Shown in pieces: positions 18,165 through 28,163 of a stretch of DNA of 64,000 nucleotides. The position numbers were made by a program, and so were the translations under genes. Source of the stretch: Candidatus Poribacteria bacterium (lineage in GTDB: Bacteria > Poribacteria > WGA-4E > PCPOR2b); assembly GCA_965218095.1 (NCBI GenBank), contig OZ244587.1, positions 2,656,001 to 2,720,000 on the forward strand, in the 5' to 3' direction. A model generated the notes under the pieces. It was given only the letters and a program-made list of their open reading frames with translations. It was not told the origin of the DNA and did not search any database. How positions within the stretch are numbered: the stretch's first letter is position 1; every line of letters begins with the position of its first letter.

Positions 18165-19754
18165 ATGATGTTTGAACTTTACGATACAACTCTTCGGGAT
18201 GGAAGTCAGGGCGAGGGGGTCACCTTCTCAGTTGAGGACAAGCTACTCATTATCAAAGCACTGGATGGGCTTGGGGTTCACTATATCGAAGGCGGCTATC
18301 CCGGCTCGAATCCGAAAGACATTGCGTTTTTCAAGCAGGCAAAGGCGATGAATCTGCAAACCGCCGAGGTTGTTCCATTTGGAAGCACGCGCCATCGCAG
18401 CTATCCGCCGAGCAGTGACCCGAATCTACAGGCGTTGCTGGACACGGGGGCACGTACCGTCACAATCTTCGGCAAGAGTTGGAAGCTGCACGCCACGGAT
18501 GTCCTGTGTGTGACGCCCGAAGACAACCTTGACCTCATCGAAAGTTCCGTTGCATTTCTGACCGAGAATGGACGTCAGGTTATCTACGACGCTGAGCACT
18601 TTTTCGATGGCTTCAACGACAACGCGGATTATGCTCTTCAGACGCTCAAGGTGGCGGCGGACGCGGGGGCGAAATGCCTCGTGCTCTGTGACACGAACGG
18701 TGGACAGCTACCGCTAGAAATTCAGAATGGCGTCAAGGCGGCGATGGCAACGGTTGATTGCCCCATCGGTATCCACACCCACAACGACGCCGGGATGGCT
18801 GTCGCAAACGCGGTGTTGGCGGTGCAAGCGGGCGCGAGCCATGTGCAGGGGACGTTCAACAGTTACGGCGAGCGATGCGGGAATGCGAACCTCTCCTCGA
18901 TTATCCCAACACTGAAACTCAAACTCGGGATTGATTGCGTGAATGAGGCACAACTGAAGCAGATAACAGAAGTCTCACGGCTCATCAGCGAGCTGGCAAA
19001 TCTCCCCCACGATGAACGTCAGCCCTACATTGGGCGGTCCGCCTTTGCCCATAAAGGGGGCATGCACATTGACGCAGTCCGAAAAAATCGGCTGACTTTC
19101 GAGCATATCAACCCGAAATTTGTCGGTAACGAGCAGCGCATCCTCGTCTCCGATCAGGCGGGCAGAAGCGCGGTTGTTAAAAAGATCGAGAACCAATATC
19201 CCGACTTCGATCGGCATTCGCCGGAAGTCATGGCACTTTTCCAACGCTTGAAGGTAGCTGAAAACGAAGGCTATCAGTACGAAGCGGCGGAAGCGTCGTT
19301 TGAGTTGCTCACCCACAAGGTTTTCAACAGCTATCAACCCTTCTTCAATCTCCTCGGATTCTGCGTCATCATTGAGAAGTTCACCAACCACAGCCTTCGT
19401 TCTGAAGCAACAATCAAAGTTGAAGAACCCAATGGCGAGATTGAACATACCGCCGCCGATGGCGATGGTCCCGTCAACGCACTTGATAGCGCACTCCGCA
19501 AAGCCCTTGAGCGTTTTTATCCATCGCTAAAGGACGTCCATCTGACCGATTACAAAGTGCGCGTTTTGGACACGCAAGCAGGGACCGCCGCGAAAGTTCG
19601 CGTCCTCATCGAGGCAAGCGATGGGCATGACCATTGGGGCACAGTCGGCGTCTCCGAAAATATCATCCAAGCGAGTTGGGAGGCATTGACCGATAGTTTG
19701 GAGTATAAGCTCTACAAAGACCGGGAAAAAGAGCGTTCTGATGAACTTCGGTGA
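18165..19754 (+). CDS. cimA: Citramalate synthase (LeuA/CimA family)
   Basis: YDTTLRDGSQGEG, IEGGYPGSNPKD, YDAEHFFDG, HTHND, YGERCGNA, AFAHKGGMH; regulatory C-domain present. Confidence 0.9.
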   Translation: MMFELYDTTLRDGSQGEGVTFSVEDKLLIIKALDGLGVHYIEGGYPGSNPKDIAFFKQAKAMNLQTAEVVPFGSTRHRSYPPSSDPNLQALLDTGARTVTIFGKSWKLHATDVLCVTPEDNLDLIESSVAFLTENGRQVIYDAEHFFDGFNDNADYALQTLKVAADAGAKCLVLCDTNGGQLPLEIQNGVKAAMATVDCPIGIHTHNDAGMAVANAVLAVQAGASHVQGTFNSYGERCGNANLSSIIPTLKLKLGIDCVNEAQLKQITEVSRLISELANLPHDERQPYIGRSAFAHKGGMHIDAVRKNRLTFEHINPKFVGNEQRILVSDQAGRSAVVKKIENQYPDFDRHSPEVMALFQRLKVAENEGYQYEAAEASFELLTHKVFNSYQPFFNLLGFCVIIEKFTNHSLRSEATIKVEEPNGEIEHTAADGDGPVNALDSALRKALERFYPSLKDVHLTDYKVRVLDTQAGTAAKVRVLIEASDGHDHWGTVGVSENIIQASWEALTDSLEYKLYKDREKERSDELR

Positions 19755-19801
19755 GTCCCGACGCCGATGATAGGTGGAAATTTCCATTGACAATTAGGAG
19801 T

Positions 19802-20309
19802 CGCTTTTATTCACTTCCCCCAGTTTTTTCTGAGTGGGTATCATCAGCGGTTTTGTAAGCTATAGGTGTAAGAAAGGATTTTCAGGTGTGGTAAAATATC
19901 TCCTTACCCCAATCAGCGAGGCTTCGATGACTCGGCTGATGATAACCAGTGTAGCCAAGATGTTCAAGCCCGTTTTGACGAAACCGGCGTTGAGAAACCT
20001 AATACTCACGACGATAGCAATCGCATTGGCTCAGACATTTTGTCTCAACGAAATCGCCTTCCGGTTGCCGGTTGCGGTCAAAACCTAAAAGACGAAACAG
20101 AACGACTTCTCAGATTCCTTAATCCGGTCTTTCCAATATAAAGCAGGTTATCTCTCAGGAATGGAGCGACTGGTGTCTGGTACCCCTTTCACCCTCACCC
20201 TTTGCAGGGGAGATACTGTTTCTCTGGCTTGACCTCAATGTTTCTGACACATATAGCCGCTAAAACCCCGTCAACTCTCAACACACGAAAAACTGGGGGT
20301 GAATGAGCG
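19802..20309 (+). mobile_element. Internally deleted IS remnant (IS4-like transposase 5' end)
   Basis: Imperfect inverted ends ATTCAC(TT)CCCCCAGTTTTT / AAAAACTGGGGGTGAAT; decayed ORF ...NEIAFRLPVAVKT*KTKQ, then RLLRFL in another frame. Confidence 0.6.
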
Positions 20310-20334
20310 GAATCAGTAAAAATGGATCAGACCG

Positions 20335-20994
20335 ATGGAAATACTACAATCAATTTTCGCGCCATATTCACTCGCAACGCTGGGGACGATCATCCTCAAT
20401 CTGATCCTGGCATTTATGCTCGGTCTGGTTATCGCCGCCGTTTACCGATGGACTCACGTCGGTATGGCAGAAAACTCGATGACTGATGCGTTAATCCTCC
20501 TATGTATGCTCATTGCCGTCGTCATGGTGGTGATTGGCGAGAGTGTGGCGCGTGCCTTCAGCCTCGTGGGTGCCCTGTCAATCATCCGTTTTCGTACCGT
20601 GGTTCAGGATGCACGGGACATTGCCTTCGTCTTTTTCGCCTTAGCGATTGGCATGGCAATCGGTGCCGGTAACTCACCGGTAGCTGTCGTGGGAACGTTC
20701 CTTATAAGCGGCGTCATCATTGGACTCCACCGTTGGCATACAGCTTCTCCAAATGATGGAGAATTTCTTCTGACCTTCCAAGCACCGCTTTATCCTGAGT
20801 ATGAACAGATCTATGAATCGGTTTTCAGCAAACAGTTGTGTGCAAACCGCCTCATTGGTCAGAAGACGACAAAATCGGGAGCCGTCGAGCTGAAATTTCA
20901 TGTGAAATTGAAAAATCCGAAACGCTGGATACATTTTGTCCAAGAGTTTTCCGCATTAGAAGGCATCACAGATGTCAGGTTGATAAAACAGTAG
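20335..20994 (+). CDS. DUF4956 family membrane protein
   Basis: VIGESVARAFSLVGALSIIRFRTVVQDARDIAFVFFALAIGMAIGAG. Confidence 0.9.
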   Translation: MEILQSIFAPYSLATLGTIILNLILAFMLGLVIAAVYRWTHVGMAENSMTDALILLCMLIAVVMVVIGESVARAFSLVGALSIIRFRTVVQDARDIAFVFFALAIGMAIGAGNSPVAVVGTFLISGVIIGLHRWHTASPNDGEFLLTFQAPLYPEYEQIYESVFSKQLCANRLIGQKTTKSGAVELKFHVKLKNPKRWIHFVQEFSALEGITDVRLIKQ

Positions 20995-21026
20995 GGGCGG
21001 ACCTGTGTGTTTACCTCAGACATGAG

Positions 21027-21899
21027 ATGAGAAGTAAGGTTATTTTGCTGATTCTTATTGCATCTGTCAGTCTTCTGCTGATCTATCTTCAGTGGCGAAT
21101 CCAGCGGTTTGCGCATCAACACACGCGCTTGACGAGTCCGCAGCCGATCCAACTCCCCTACAAATGGGTCGGTAATATCTCCCCGCTCAAGAAAGTTGAG
21201 CCTTCAGGCATTACCTACCACCCGCAACGCAGAACGGTGTTTGTTGTCGGCGATGAGGGACACCTCTATGAAATGCGTACCGATGGGGAAGCTGTACGAA
21301 CAGAATATCTGAAGCAGGCTGACCTTGAGGGAATTACAGTCAATCCCGTGACAGGGTTTCTATATGCCGTTGTTGAAGGGGAGGAGATGGTCTTTGAGAT
21401 TGACCCGCAAACCTTCCGTGTAACTCGAAAATTCACTGTTAATCGAAATTTCGCAGGGCGCGAGTTGTTGAAAAAGGGGGGCATGGGATTGGAGGCGATC
21501 GTCTTTATTCCAGACGCTTCCCATCCCGAAGGCGGAACATTCTGGGTTGGCAATCAATCTTTCAGTCTTAAGCCAGGGAAAGAGCCATCAATCATCTGTG
21601 AAGTCGTTCTCCCGCTTATCTCATCGAAAACCGGGGAAGGGCGTGGACAGATTATCCGCTTCTTTCCTCTTTCCATCATTGACATCTCTGGGCTTGCCTA
21701 TGACCCCCAACGTCAGTGTCTGCTCGTGATGAGCGACACGACGAACCTTTTGCTGGAAGTGACACTGGATGGAAACGTACGCCGCCAGTACCTGATACCG
21801 GGAGCGGATCAGGAAGGGGTTGTGTTGGACAAGATGGGGTTTATCTACATTGCACAGGAGAATGGGGAAGTCATCAAAATCGAAGATCGCCGAGATTAA
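21027..21899 (+). CDS. SdiA-regulated (YjiK-like) beta-propeller protein
   Basis: N-terminal TM; EPSGITY, DLEGIT, GLEAI, DISGLAYD and QEGV repeats. Confidence 0.75.
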   Translation: MRSKVILLILIASVSLLLIYLQWRIQRFAHQHTRLTSPQPIQLPYKWVGNISPLKKVEPSGITYHPQRRTVFVVGDEGHLYEMRTDGEAVRTEYLKQADLEGITVNPVTGFLYAVVEGEEMVFEIDPQTFRVTRKFTVNRNFAGRELLKKGGMGLEAIVFIPDASHPEGGTFWVGNQSFSLKPGKEPSIICEVVLPLISSKTGEGRGQIIRFFPLSIIDISGLAYDPQRQCLLVMSDTTNLLLEVTLDGNVRRQYLIPGADQEGVVLDKMGFIYIAQENGEVIKIEDRRD

Positions 21900-22329
21900 G
21901 TTCGACGGTTGTGAGGACCAATTGAATCTGGTTCCACATCGCAATGGATTGGAAATGTATGGCTCGCTAAGGTGCAGCTTCTGTGCCATCAGCGACAGCC
22001 TAATTATACCGAGAACGGAGATTGATTTCACCCTTTGGGCGCACGAAACAGGTTGAGGATTCCGTTCAAACTGCACTGCTTGGTGCAAGACCGAGCTCAG
22101 TGAGAAACTCGTCAGTTTATTGTTTTCATTTAATCCAAGGGAGCGCATTTTATGATAATCGAATGAGGAAAGAAAATTGGTTATCAATATCTCTAAATTC
22201 ATGGCATAATCTCCGAGATAGTTTTCTTTTCATCTGAGCTTGGTTGACAGTTTTGAAGGGCGAAAACAGTCCTGTCGTGTTCAAGAGGTACTGCATAAAA
22301 GCGAATGAAAAATGTGCTTACGCAATTAA

Positions 22330-22614
22330 TGTATTACGTCCGAGCTAATTGCTGCTGAATTGAAACATACCGTGCCGTATCGGCAAGTCGTCACAGTGCT
22401 CAAACGGCTGTGTGGGCTCTCTATCACCACTGGCGCATTAGCGCAATCGATGCAGCCGTTGGCTAAGTGGTTTATCCCCGAATATCAAGTGATTCAAACC
22501 AGATTGCGACAGAGCGACTATGCCTACGTCGATGAAACCGGCTGGCGGTTAAACAGGCAATCGTACTGGCTTTGGGCATTCACCTCCAAGGTTTCACTAC
22601 CGGACCCTAGTTAG
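22330..22614 (+). mobile_element. IS66 transposase fragment
   Basis: VPYRQV..L..LCGLSITTGAL, YVDETGWR..YWLWAF; truncated. Confidence 0.75.
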
Positions 22615-22797
22615 TATATATAATAAGATCATATGATGCACGCCTCTCCTTATAAATAAGATATCTTCAAACCCTTATGTCTATTGAGTTTTAGGAGTGC
22701 GTCTGCTGTCCGGCGCGGAAAAAGAGGTGGATTTTTCTGTCCGCACGCGGGAGATTTTTCCCTTCAATTGAAAATTGCTATGAGGATCGTAGCCTGT

Positions 22798-22826
22798 TTG
22801 ACAAAAACAGGAAGGTTTGATACAAT
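22798..22826 (+). promoter_or_regulatory. Sigma70-like promoter
   Basis: TTGACA-N17-TACAAT. Confidence 0.55.
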
Positions 22827-22889
22827 TTGCTTATTGTTACGATTTTTTCAGTTATCACGCAACTGAAGTCAGACCTAACCCCCTAATCC

Positions 22890-23103
22890 CATATGCAACA
22901 AGGCAAGGAATTTGCTGGACGCTGACGCACAGCCCCAAAGGGGCGAAATGTCTATAGCATCCGTGTTTTCTTAGCCCCATCGGGGCGACATGTGGACCAG
23001 CTCGCAAAACATGCCGCTCCTACGGAGCTAGGGCTAACGGTTGGCGTAGGTTCTATAAACATACCACCCCTACGGGGTTGGGCATGTTAGCTTGGTGCAT
23101 ATG
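22890..23103. mobile_element. 214-bp MITE-like element carrying REP-like hairpins
   Basis: TIR CATATGCAACAAG / CTTGGTGCATATG (12/13); 11-bp flanking direct repeat CCCCCTAA(T/C)CC; internal AGCCCCnnnGGGGC and CCCCTACGGGG units. Confidence 0.75.
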
Positions 23104-23263
23104 CCCCCTAACCCCCTTTCCGATGCAGGAAGGGGAAACAAGAACTTCGTCCATAGATTCGGTGGGATTTCGCGGATTAAACCATCTACCCCCGGAGCCA
23201 CATCCGTGAAATCCTGGGGATGCGTGTTCTTTGATACAATCACAACCACAGAAAGGAGTGTGC

Positions 23264-26200
23264 ATGGCCAATTCGAGTCATCTATTTTTGACGATATTAT
23301 CAACACTTTACACGAAGGAAAGCGCATCCGAAACAGCGAATATCCCGTATCTACGCCAGCCCGCTCTCGCACCGGACGGGAGTGAAATTGCCTTTTGCTA
23401 CGCGGGGGACGTGTGGATGGCTCCCGCTACAGGCGGACAAGCAAGACGCATCACGGCACACCCAAGCTACGATTCGCAGCCGGTTTTCTCTCCCGATGGA
23501 GCACAACTGGCATTTGTCTCTCAGCGCACAGGTGGTGGAAATATCTATGTCATCTCCCTCCAGTCGAACAAGCCGCCGAGACGCTTGACTTATCATAATA
23601 GCGGATTTAGTTCCCCTGCCTGTTGGTCGCCGGGCGGGGAATGGATCTACTTTTCGTCGTACTATGACGGACTTTGCGGCGCGAGTTACAAGATACATAC
23701 CGATGGCGGCACACCTATCCAAGTTGCCAGCGATCCGGTAGAAACCCACTACTATTTAGCAATTTCACCCGATGGGAAAAGGTTGGCTTTTAACAACAAC
23801 GGGCATCAATGGTGGCGGCATGGTCCAAACCCGTCCGGGCATTCCGACATCTGGGTTATGAGTGAGGCAATTGGGGCGAATGACCACCGGCGATTGACGC
23901 AGTATCTCGGCAGAAACCTGAGACCGATGTGGAATGCTGATGGCAGTGGACTCTACTATCTGAGTGACTGTGACGGTGAGGAGAATATCTGGCATATGAG
24001 GCTGGAAGGTGATGCGGAAGCCGAGCAAATCACGCATTTCACGGACGGGCGAGTGTTGCGTCCATCGATCTCTGCAGATGGCAAATGGATCATCTTTGAA
24101 CGTAACTTTCAAATCTGGCGATTGAACCTCGAAAACCGAGAGACTGAACAAATAGAAATTATTGTTCAAACAGACGAAAAATCAAACCCAATTCGTCATC
24201 ATACCTACACCGCACAGATTAACGAACTTCAACTTGCCCCCGATGGCAAGAAGGTCGCTTTCATTGTTCACGGCGAGGTCTTTGCGGATCTGGCGGACAA
24301 AGGGGATAAGGTTAAAAAGGGCGGGGATTCGTTGAAGGTCACGGATACCCCTTTCCGCGAAAGCCAGTTGCAGTGGTACCCTGAGAGCAATTGTGTCGTA
24401 TACGTCTCGGATCGAACGGGGCACAACGAAATTTTCCAATACAATTTCAAAGAGCAGGTAGAAACGCAACTGACCGATTCACCAGAGCAGAAATACGCGC
24501 CGAAATTTTCGCCTGATGGCAAATGGCTCGCTTATCTCCAGGGCGATACCGAAATCTGGTTGATGAACACGGAAACGCAGGAGAAGCGTCCTTTTATCAC
24601 CTATCAAGTGTTTCCAGATGTACCTGAGCCGACGGATTTCGAGTGGTCGCCGGATAGTAGATGGATTGCCTTCATCGCAAGGGATCAGAATTTCTTCAGT
24701 AACCTCTATGCCCAGCATATCGAAGCGGAATCGCCCAGGCGACTAACCTTTCTGAGCAACATCAATTCTTATCGTATCCTCTGGTCGCCTGATGGAAAAT
24801 TCATCGTGTTCAACACAGGGCAGTACCGTACGGAGTCTCAGATTGCACGGGTCGATCTAAAGCCGATTCCGCCGGTTTTCAAGGAAGCGGATTTTGATAA
24901 GCTCTTCCAGGAAGATGAAAAGGACGAGCAGGACAAAGATAAGGAGGACACCCCACAGCCCCTGGAGGTGGAACCAAGTGAAACGGAGGCCAGCGATTCA
25001 GCCGACGAGGATTCGGATGAAGATGGAGACGAAAAGGCGGAGGGTAAGCAGCGGAAAAAGAAGATTGAGCCGGTTGAGATTGAGTTTGAGGAGATTAAGC
25101 ATCGGCTCCGTTTTCTCACGGACTTCAAGCTTAATGCGCAGGCGATGTGTATTCGTCCCGATGGCAAAACCCTGATTTTTCGCGCCTCCATGACTGGGCA
25201 TCCCAACCTCTGGAGTATGTCGCTTGAGGAGGATAAGCGAGGTGAACTTCCCAAACAGTTGACGGCGACGGGGAGCGGAAAAAGCAGTGTCCAGTTCCTG
25301 CCAAAAGGGAAGAAGTTTTACTACCTTGATGGTGGACGCATCCATTCGCTGGGTATGAGCGAAGATGGGGCAAAAGATGGGGATGCGAAGGCATTAGACA
25401 CTAAAGCTGAGGTTGAAGTCAATTTTCATCTCGAAAAGATGCAAGGCTTCGACGAAGCGTGGCGATTGATGCGGGATCACTTTTACGACCCGCAATTCCA
25501 CGGTTGTGATTGGGAACAAGTACGCAAAACATTTCGTCCAATCACCGAGGGGATACAGACCCAGACGGACTTCCGGGAGCTCTTAAACCTCATGGTTGGT
25601 GAGTTAAACGCTTCTCACCTCGGTGCGGGTGGTAAGACCGATACCGCGCCGGATAGTTACCTGGGCGCGGATTTTGAGCGGGAGGCGTTGGAAAACTACG
25701 GACATTTCAAGATTATCCATCTTTTGCCTGAATCCCCGTTAACGCTTCCAGAAGAACCCGCACGGGTTGGGGAGTATCTGGTTGCGGTCGATGGGGTTGC
25801 ACTCAACGGAGGGGTCAACCTACCTGAACAACTCCAGCGAAAAAAGGGGAAACGGGTGCCCGTGAAACTCAACGATAAGCCCCAACTTGAGGGTGCCCGC
25901 GAACTCACTGTCCAACCCATTGACAGCAGTCAGCACCGGAACCTCCGCTACAAGGATTGGGTGCGTTGGAATGAGGCATACATCCACGAAAAGAGTAACC
26001 GACAGCTCGGATACGCTCACATCCGTGAGATGTCTTACGAAGCCTACCTCCAGTTCATCGCCGACCTTGATACTGAAACTCACGACAGAGAAGGGGTTGT
26101 GCTCGATGTCCGATTTAACCCCGGTGGACATATCGCACCTTTCATCCTTGATGTTTTGCACCGCAGAGCCTATACCCAATCAAATTATCGTGGTTTAATC

Positions 26201-26596
26201 AGTACGACAGACACAAACCTCGCAGGCAATCGCATTTTGGAGCAGCCTGTTATCCTTATCACCAATGAACACTCCGGGAGCAATACGGAGATGTTCAGCG
26301 AGGGTTTCCGAAAATTGGGACTTGGTAAAGTGATCGGTATGCCCACGGCCGGTGCGGTCATCTGGACATCGGGCTGGACCTTGCTTGATGGAACGACTTT
26401 CCGTTTGCCTTGGTTAAGGGTCACAACCCTGGAGGGTGAAAATACCGAAGGCACCGCCCGTCCGGTTGATGTTGAGGTCGATCGCCCGCTTGGCGAAGCC
26501 GCGCAGGGGATAGACAGTCAACTTGACGTTGCTGTCGAGCAATTGCTGGCACAGATTGATGGAAATGGTTCCGATCAAAATGGTAGAGATATGTAG
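23264..26596 (+). CDS. Tricorn-like S41 family peptidase with PD40/TolB propellers and PDZ domain
   Basis: SPDG repeats, MVGELNASH, GYAHIREM, DVRFNPGG, NEHSGSNTE.F, G.PTAGAVI; RBS AAGGAG. Confidence 0.9.
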   Translation: MANSSHLFLTILSTLYTKESASETANIPYLRQPALAPDGSEIAFCYAGDVWMAPATGGQARRITAHPSYDSQPVFSPDGAQLAFVSQRTGGGNIYVISLQSNKPPRRLTYHNSGFSSPACWSPGGEWIYFSSYYDGLCGASYKIHTDGGTPIQVASDPVETHYYLAISPDGKRLAFNNNGHQWWRHGPNPSGHSDIWVMSEAIGANDHRRLTQYLGRNLRPMWNADGSGLYYLSDCDGEENIWHMRLEGDAEAEQITHFTDGRVLRPSISADGKWIIFERNFQIWRLNLENRETEQIEIIVQTDEKSNPIRHHTYTAQINELQLAPDGKKVAFIVHGEVFADLADKGDKVKKGGDSLKVTDTPFRESQLQWYPESNCVVYVSDRTGHNEIFQYNFKEQVETQLTDSPEQKYAPKFSPDGKWLAYLQGDTEIWLMNTETQEKRPFITYQVFPDVPEPTDFEWSPDSRWIAFIARDQNFFSNLYAQHIEAESPRRLTFLSNINSYRILWSPDGKFIVFNTGQYRTESQIARVDLKPIPPVFKEADFDKLFQEDEKDEQDKDKEDTPQPLEVEPSETEASDSADEDSDEDGDEKAEGKQRKKKIEPVEIEFEEIKHRLRFLTDFKLNAQAMCIRPDGKTLIFRASMTGHPNLWSMSLEEDKRGELPKQLTATGSGKSSVQFLPKGKKFYYLDGGRIHSLGMSEDGAKDGDAKALDTKAEVEVNFHLEKMQGFDEAWRLMRDHFYDPQFHGCDWEQVRKTFRPITEGIQTQTDFRELLNLMVGELNASHLGAGGKTDTAPDSYLGADFEREALENYGHFKIIHLLPESPLTLPEEPARVGEYLVAVDGVALNGGVNLPEQLQRKKGKRVPVKLNDKPQLEGARELTVQPIDSSQHRNLRYKDWVRWNEAYIHEKSNRQLGYAHIREMSYEAYLQFIADLDTETHDREGVVLDVRFNPGGHIAPFILDVLHRRAYTQSNYRGLISTTDTNLAGNRILEQPVILITNEHSGSNTEMFSEGFRKLGLGKVIGMPTAGAVIWTSGWTLLDGTTFRLPWLRVTTLEGENTEGTARPVDVEVDRPLGEAAQGIDSQLDVAVEQLLAQIDGNGSDQNGRDM

Positions 26597-26658
26597 GGGC
26601 AAGTCTTGTGCCTGCCCAAAAGTGACAACCCCTTTGGTTACCGGGCGTAACCCCTCTC

Positions 26659-27435
26659 CTATCCGAGAGTCTGCCTAAAGAGCTGAATTGCGAACACCAG
26701 CACGGTGACAACGAGAACGACCCGAATCCACTTATCCCCTTTGGCAACCGCCCAATGACTGCCGACCCAAGCACCTGTGGCATTTCCGACGGCAAGCGTC
26801 AACCCAAGAGGCCAATCGACATTTCTGTTCCAAACGAAGACGATAAGTGCGATGCTGGTGTAAAAAAAGATCACAAACACCTTGATTGCATTGGTGCGAA
26901 CCAGATCGAAACCATTCGTCAGTGTCAGTGCTGCAATGATAATGAACCCCACTCCTGCCTGAATAAAGCCGCCGTAAACACCTACGAAAAAAAAGACGAG
27001 CATCCCGATGATTTTACGGAATAGGCTTAGATTTTCAGTCCCACCTTGCAGCTTTTTGGTTGGGCTAAAAAGAGTCAAAAATAGCACAGCGAGCATGATG
27101 CCAGCGAGAACGCGATTGAAGATTACTTCATCCATCTCAACAGCAATCTTCGCGCCGAACCAGGCTCCGACAAGCGCAGGCAGGGTAAGGAGCGTACTAT
27201 AGCCAAAATCAGAAACACCTTTGCGGCGGAACCCCATAATTCCGCTGGCGTTCTGTATGAAAACCGCGATTCTGTTGGTGCCATTTGCTGTTGCCGAGGG
27301 TAAACCGAGAAAAATCAGAACAGGGAGGGTGAGTAGTGAACCACCGCCGGCAACGGTGTTGAGGAAGCCGGCGAAGACACCGGTAACGAGAATTAACGGG
27401 ACTTCCCAAAAATTTTCCATGTATTGTTTTTGCAA
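26659..27435 (-). CDS. TauE/SafE (TSUP) family transporter
   Basis: AGFLNTVAGGGSLLTLP..ANGTNR, GVYGGFIQAGVG. Confidence 0.9.
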   Translation of the reverse strand: MQKQYMENFWEVPLILVTGVFAGFLNTVAGGGSLLTLPVLIFLGLPSATANGTNRIAVFIQNASGIMGFRRKGVSDFGYSTLLTLPALVGAWFGAKIAVEMDEVIFNRVLAGIMLAVLFLTLFSPTKKLQGGTENLSLFRKIIGMLVFFFVGVYGGFIQAGVGFIIIAALTLTNGFDLVRTNAIKVFVIFFYTSIALIVFVWNRNVDWPLGLTLAVGNATGAWVGSHWAVAKGDKWIRVVLVVTVLVFAIQLFRQTLG

Positions 27436-27631
27436 CTCCTCGTCGGTTGGGTTGAAAGACTACAGCCACGATTATATCAGTTTTCATCCAGTTTATCCAG
27501 CGAAAAACCGAGAACTTTCGGCATAAATTACGCAGGTTGACTTATTCGGAGATAGTGTGCTAAATTAAGGGGAGCTATTCTGGATTCACCCATTCGTTAA
27601 TTCGCTATTTTCAGAACAGGAGGAGAGAAAT

Positions 27632-28102
27632 ATGTTAGCCGTTAAAGAACTGGGCCATGTGGGAATCTACCGTACCGACCTGCAACGGTCCAAAGACTTT
27701 TACACCCGCATCTTGGGGCTCACAGTTACCGACGAAGCCCCTGACGGTCACATCACCCTCCTCAGCGCGCAGCCAGAGGAAGAACACCATGAAGTCGCAC
27801 TCTGCCCGGGCAGGGACGTGCCACCGGGGGCAAAGGTTATTCAATAGGTGTCCTTCATTGTGGAAGATCTGACGCCCCTGAAGCAGTTTTATCATCAATT
27901 GAAGCGGGAGGGCGTGCGCTTTCGCAGTATTGTCAGTCACGGCATCGCCCTTGCCATTTACTGCTACGACCCTGATGACAACGTCGTTGAGATCTATGCG
28001 AAGACACCGTACAAGATACCACAACAGCTCTCTGAGCCGGTCGATCTCGAGCTGTCAGACGAGGAGTTGCTCGCCATCGCCGAGGGGGGCCAACAGTCGT
28101 AG
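27632..28102 (+). pseudogene. VOC/glyoxalase family gene with an in-frame TAG at 27845-27847
   Basis: LGHVGI..FYTRILGL, HHEVAL, IQ*VSF, then SHG.ALAIY..DPDDNVVEIY in the same frame. Confidence 0.8.
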
Positions 28103-28163
28103 CATCGCTACGAACGCTAACCAGACCGTGGAGGCTTTCGCGCCAATCACGAAGGAGAGTGTC

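Larger units (their letters stand above)
18012..20336. repeat. 27-bp direct repeat (18012-18038 and 20310-20336) bracketing cimA and an IS remnant
   Basis: GAATCAGTAAAAA(C/T)GGATCAGACCGAT, 26/27 identical. Confidence 0.9.

Noticed and set aside
21900-22240. Minus-strand ORF 21621-22202, or a possible group II intron end
   Set aside because: No recognisable domain V/VI or protein motif.
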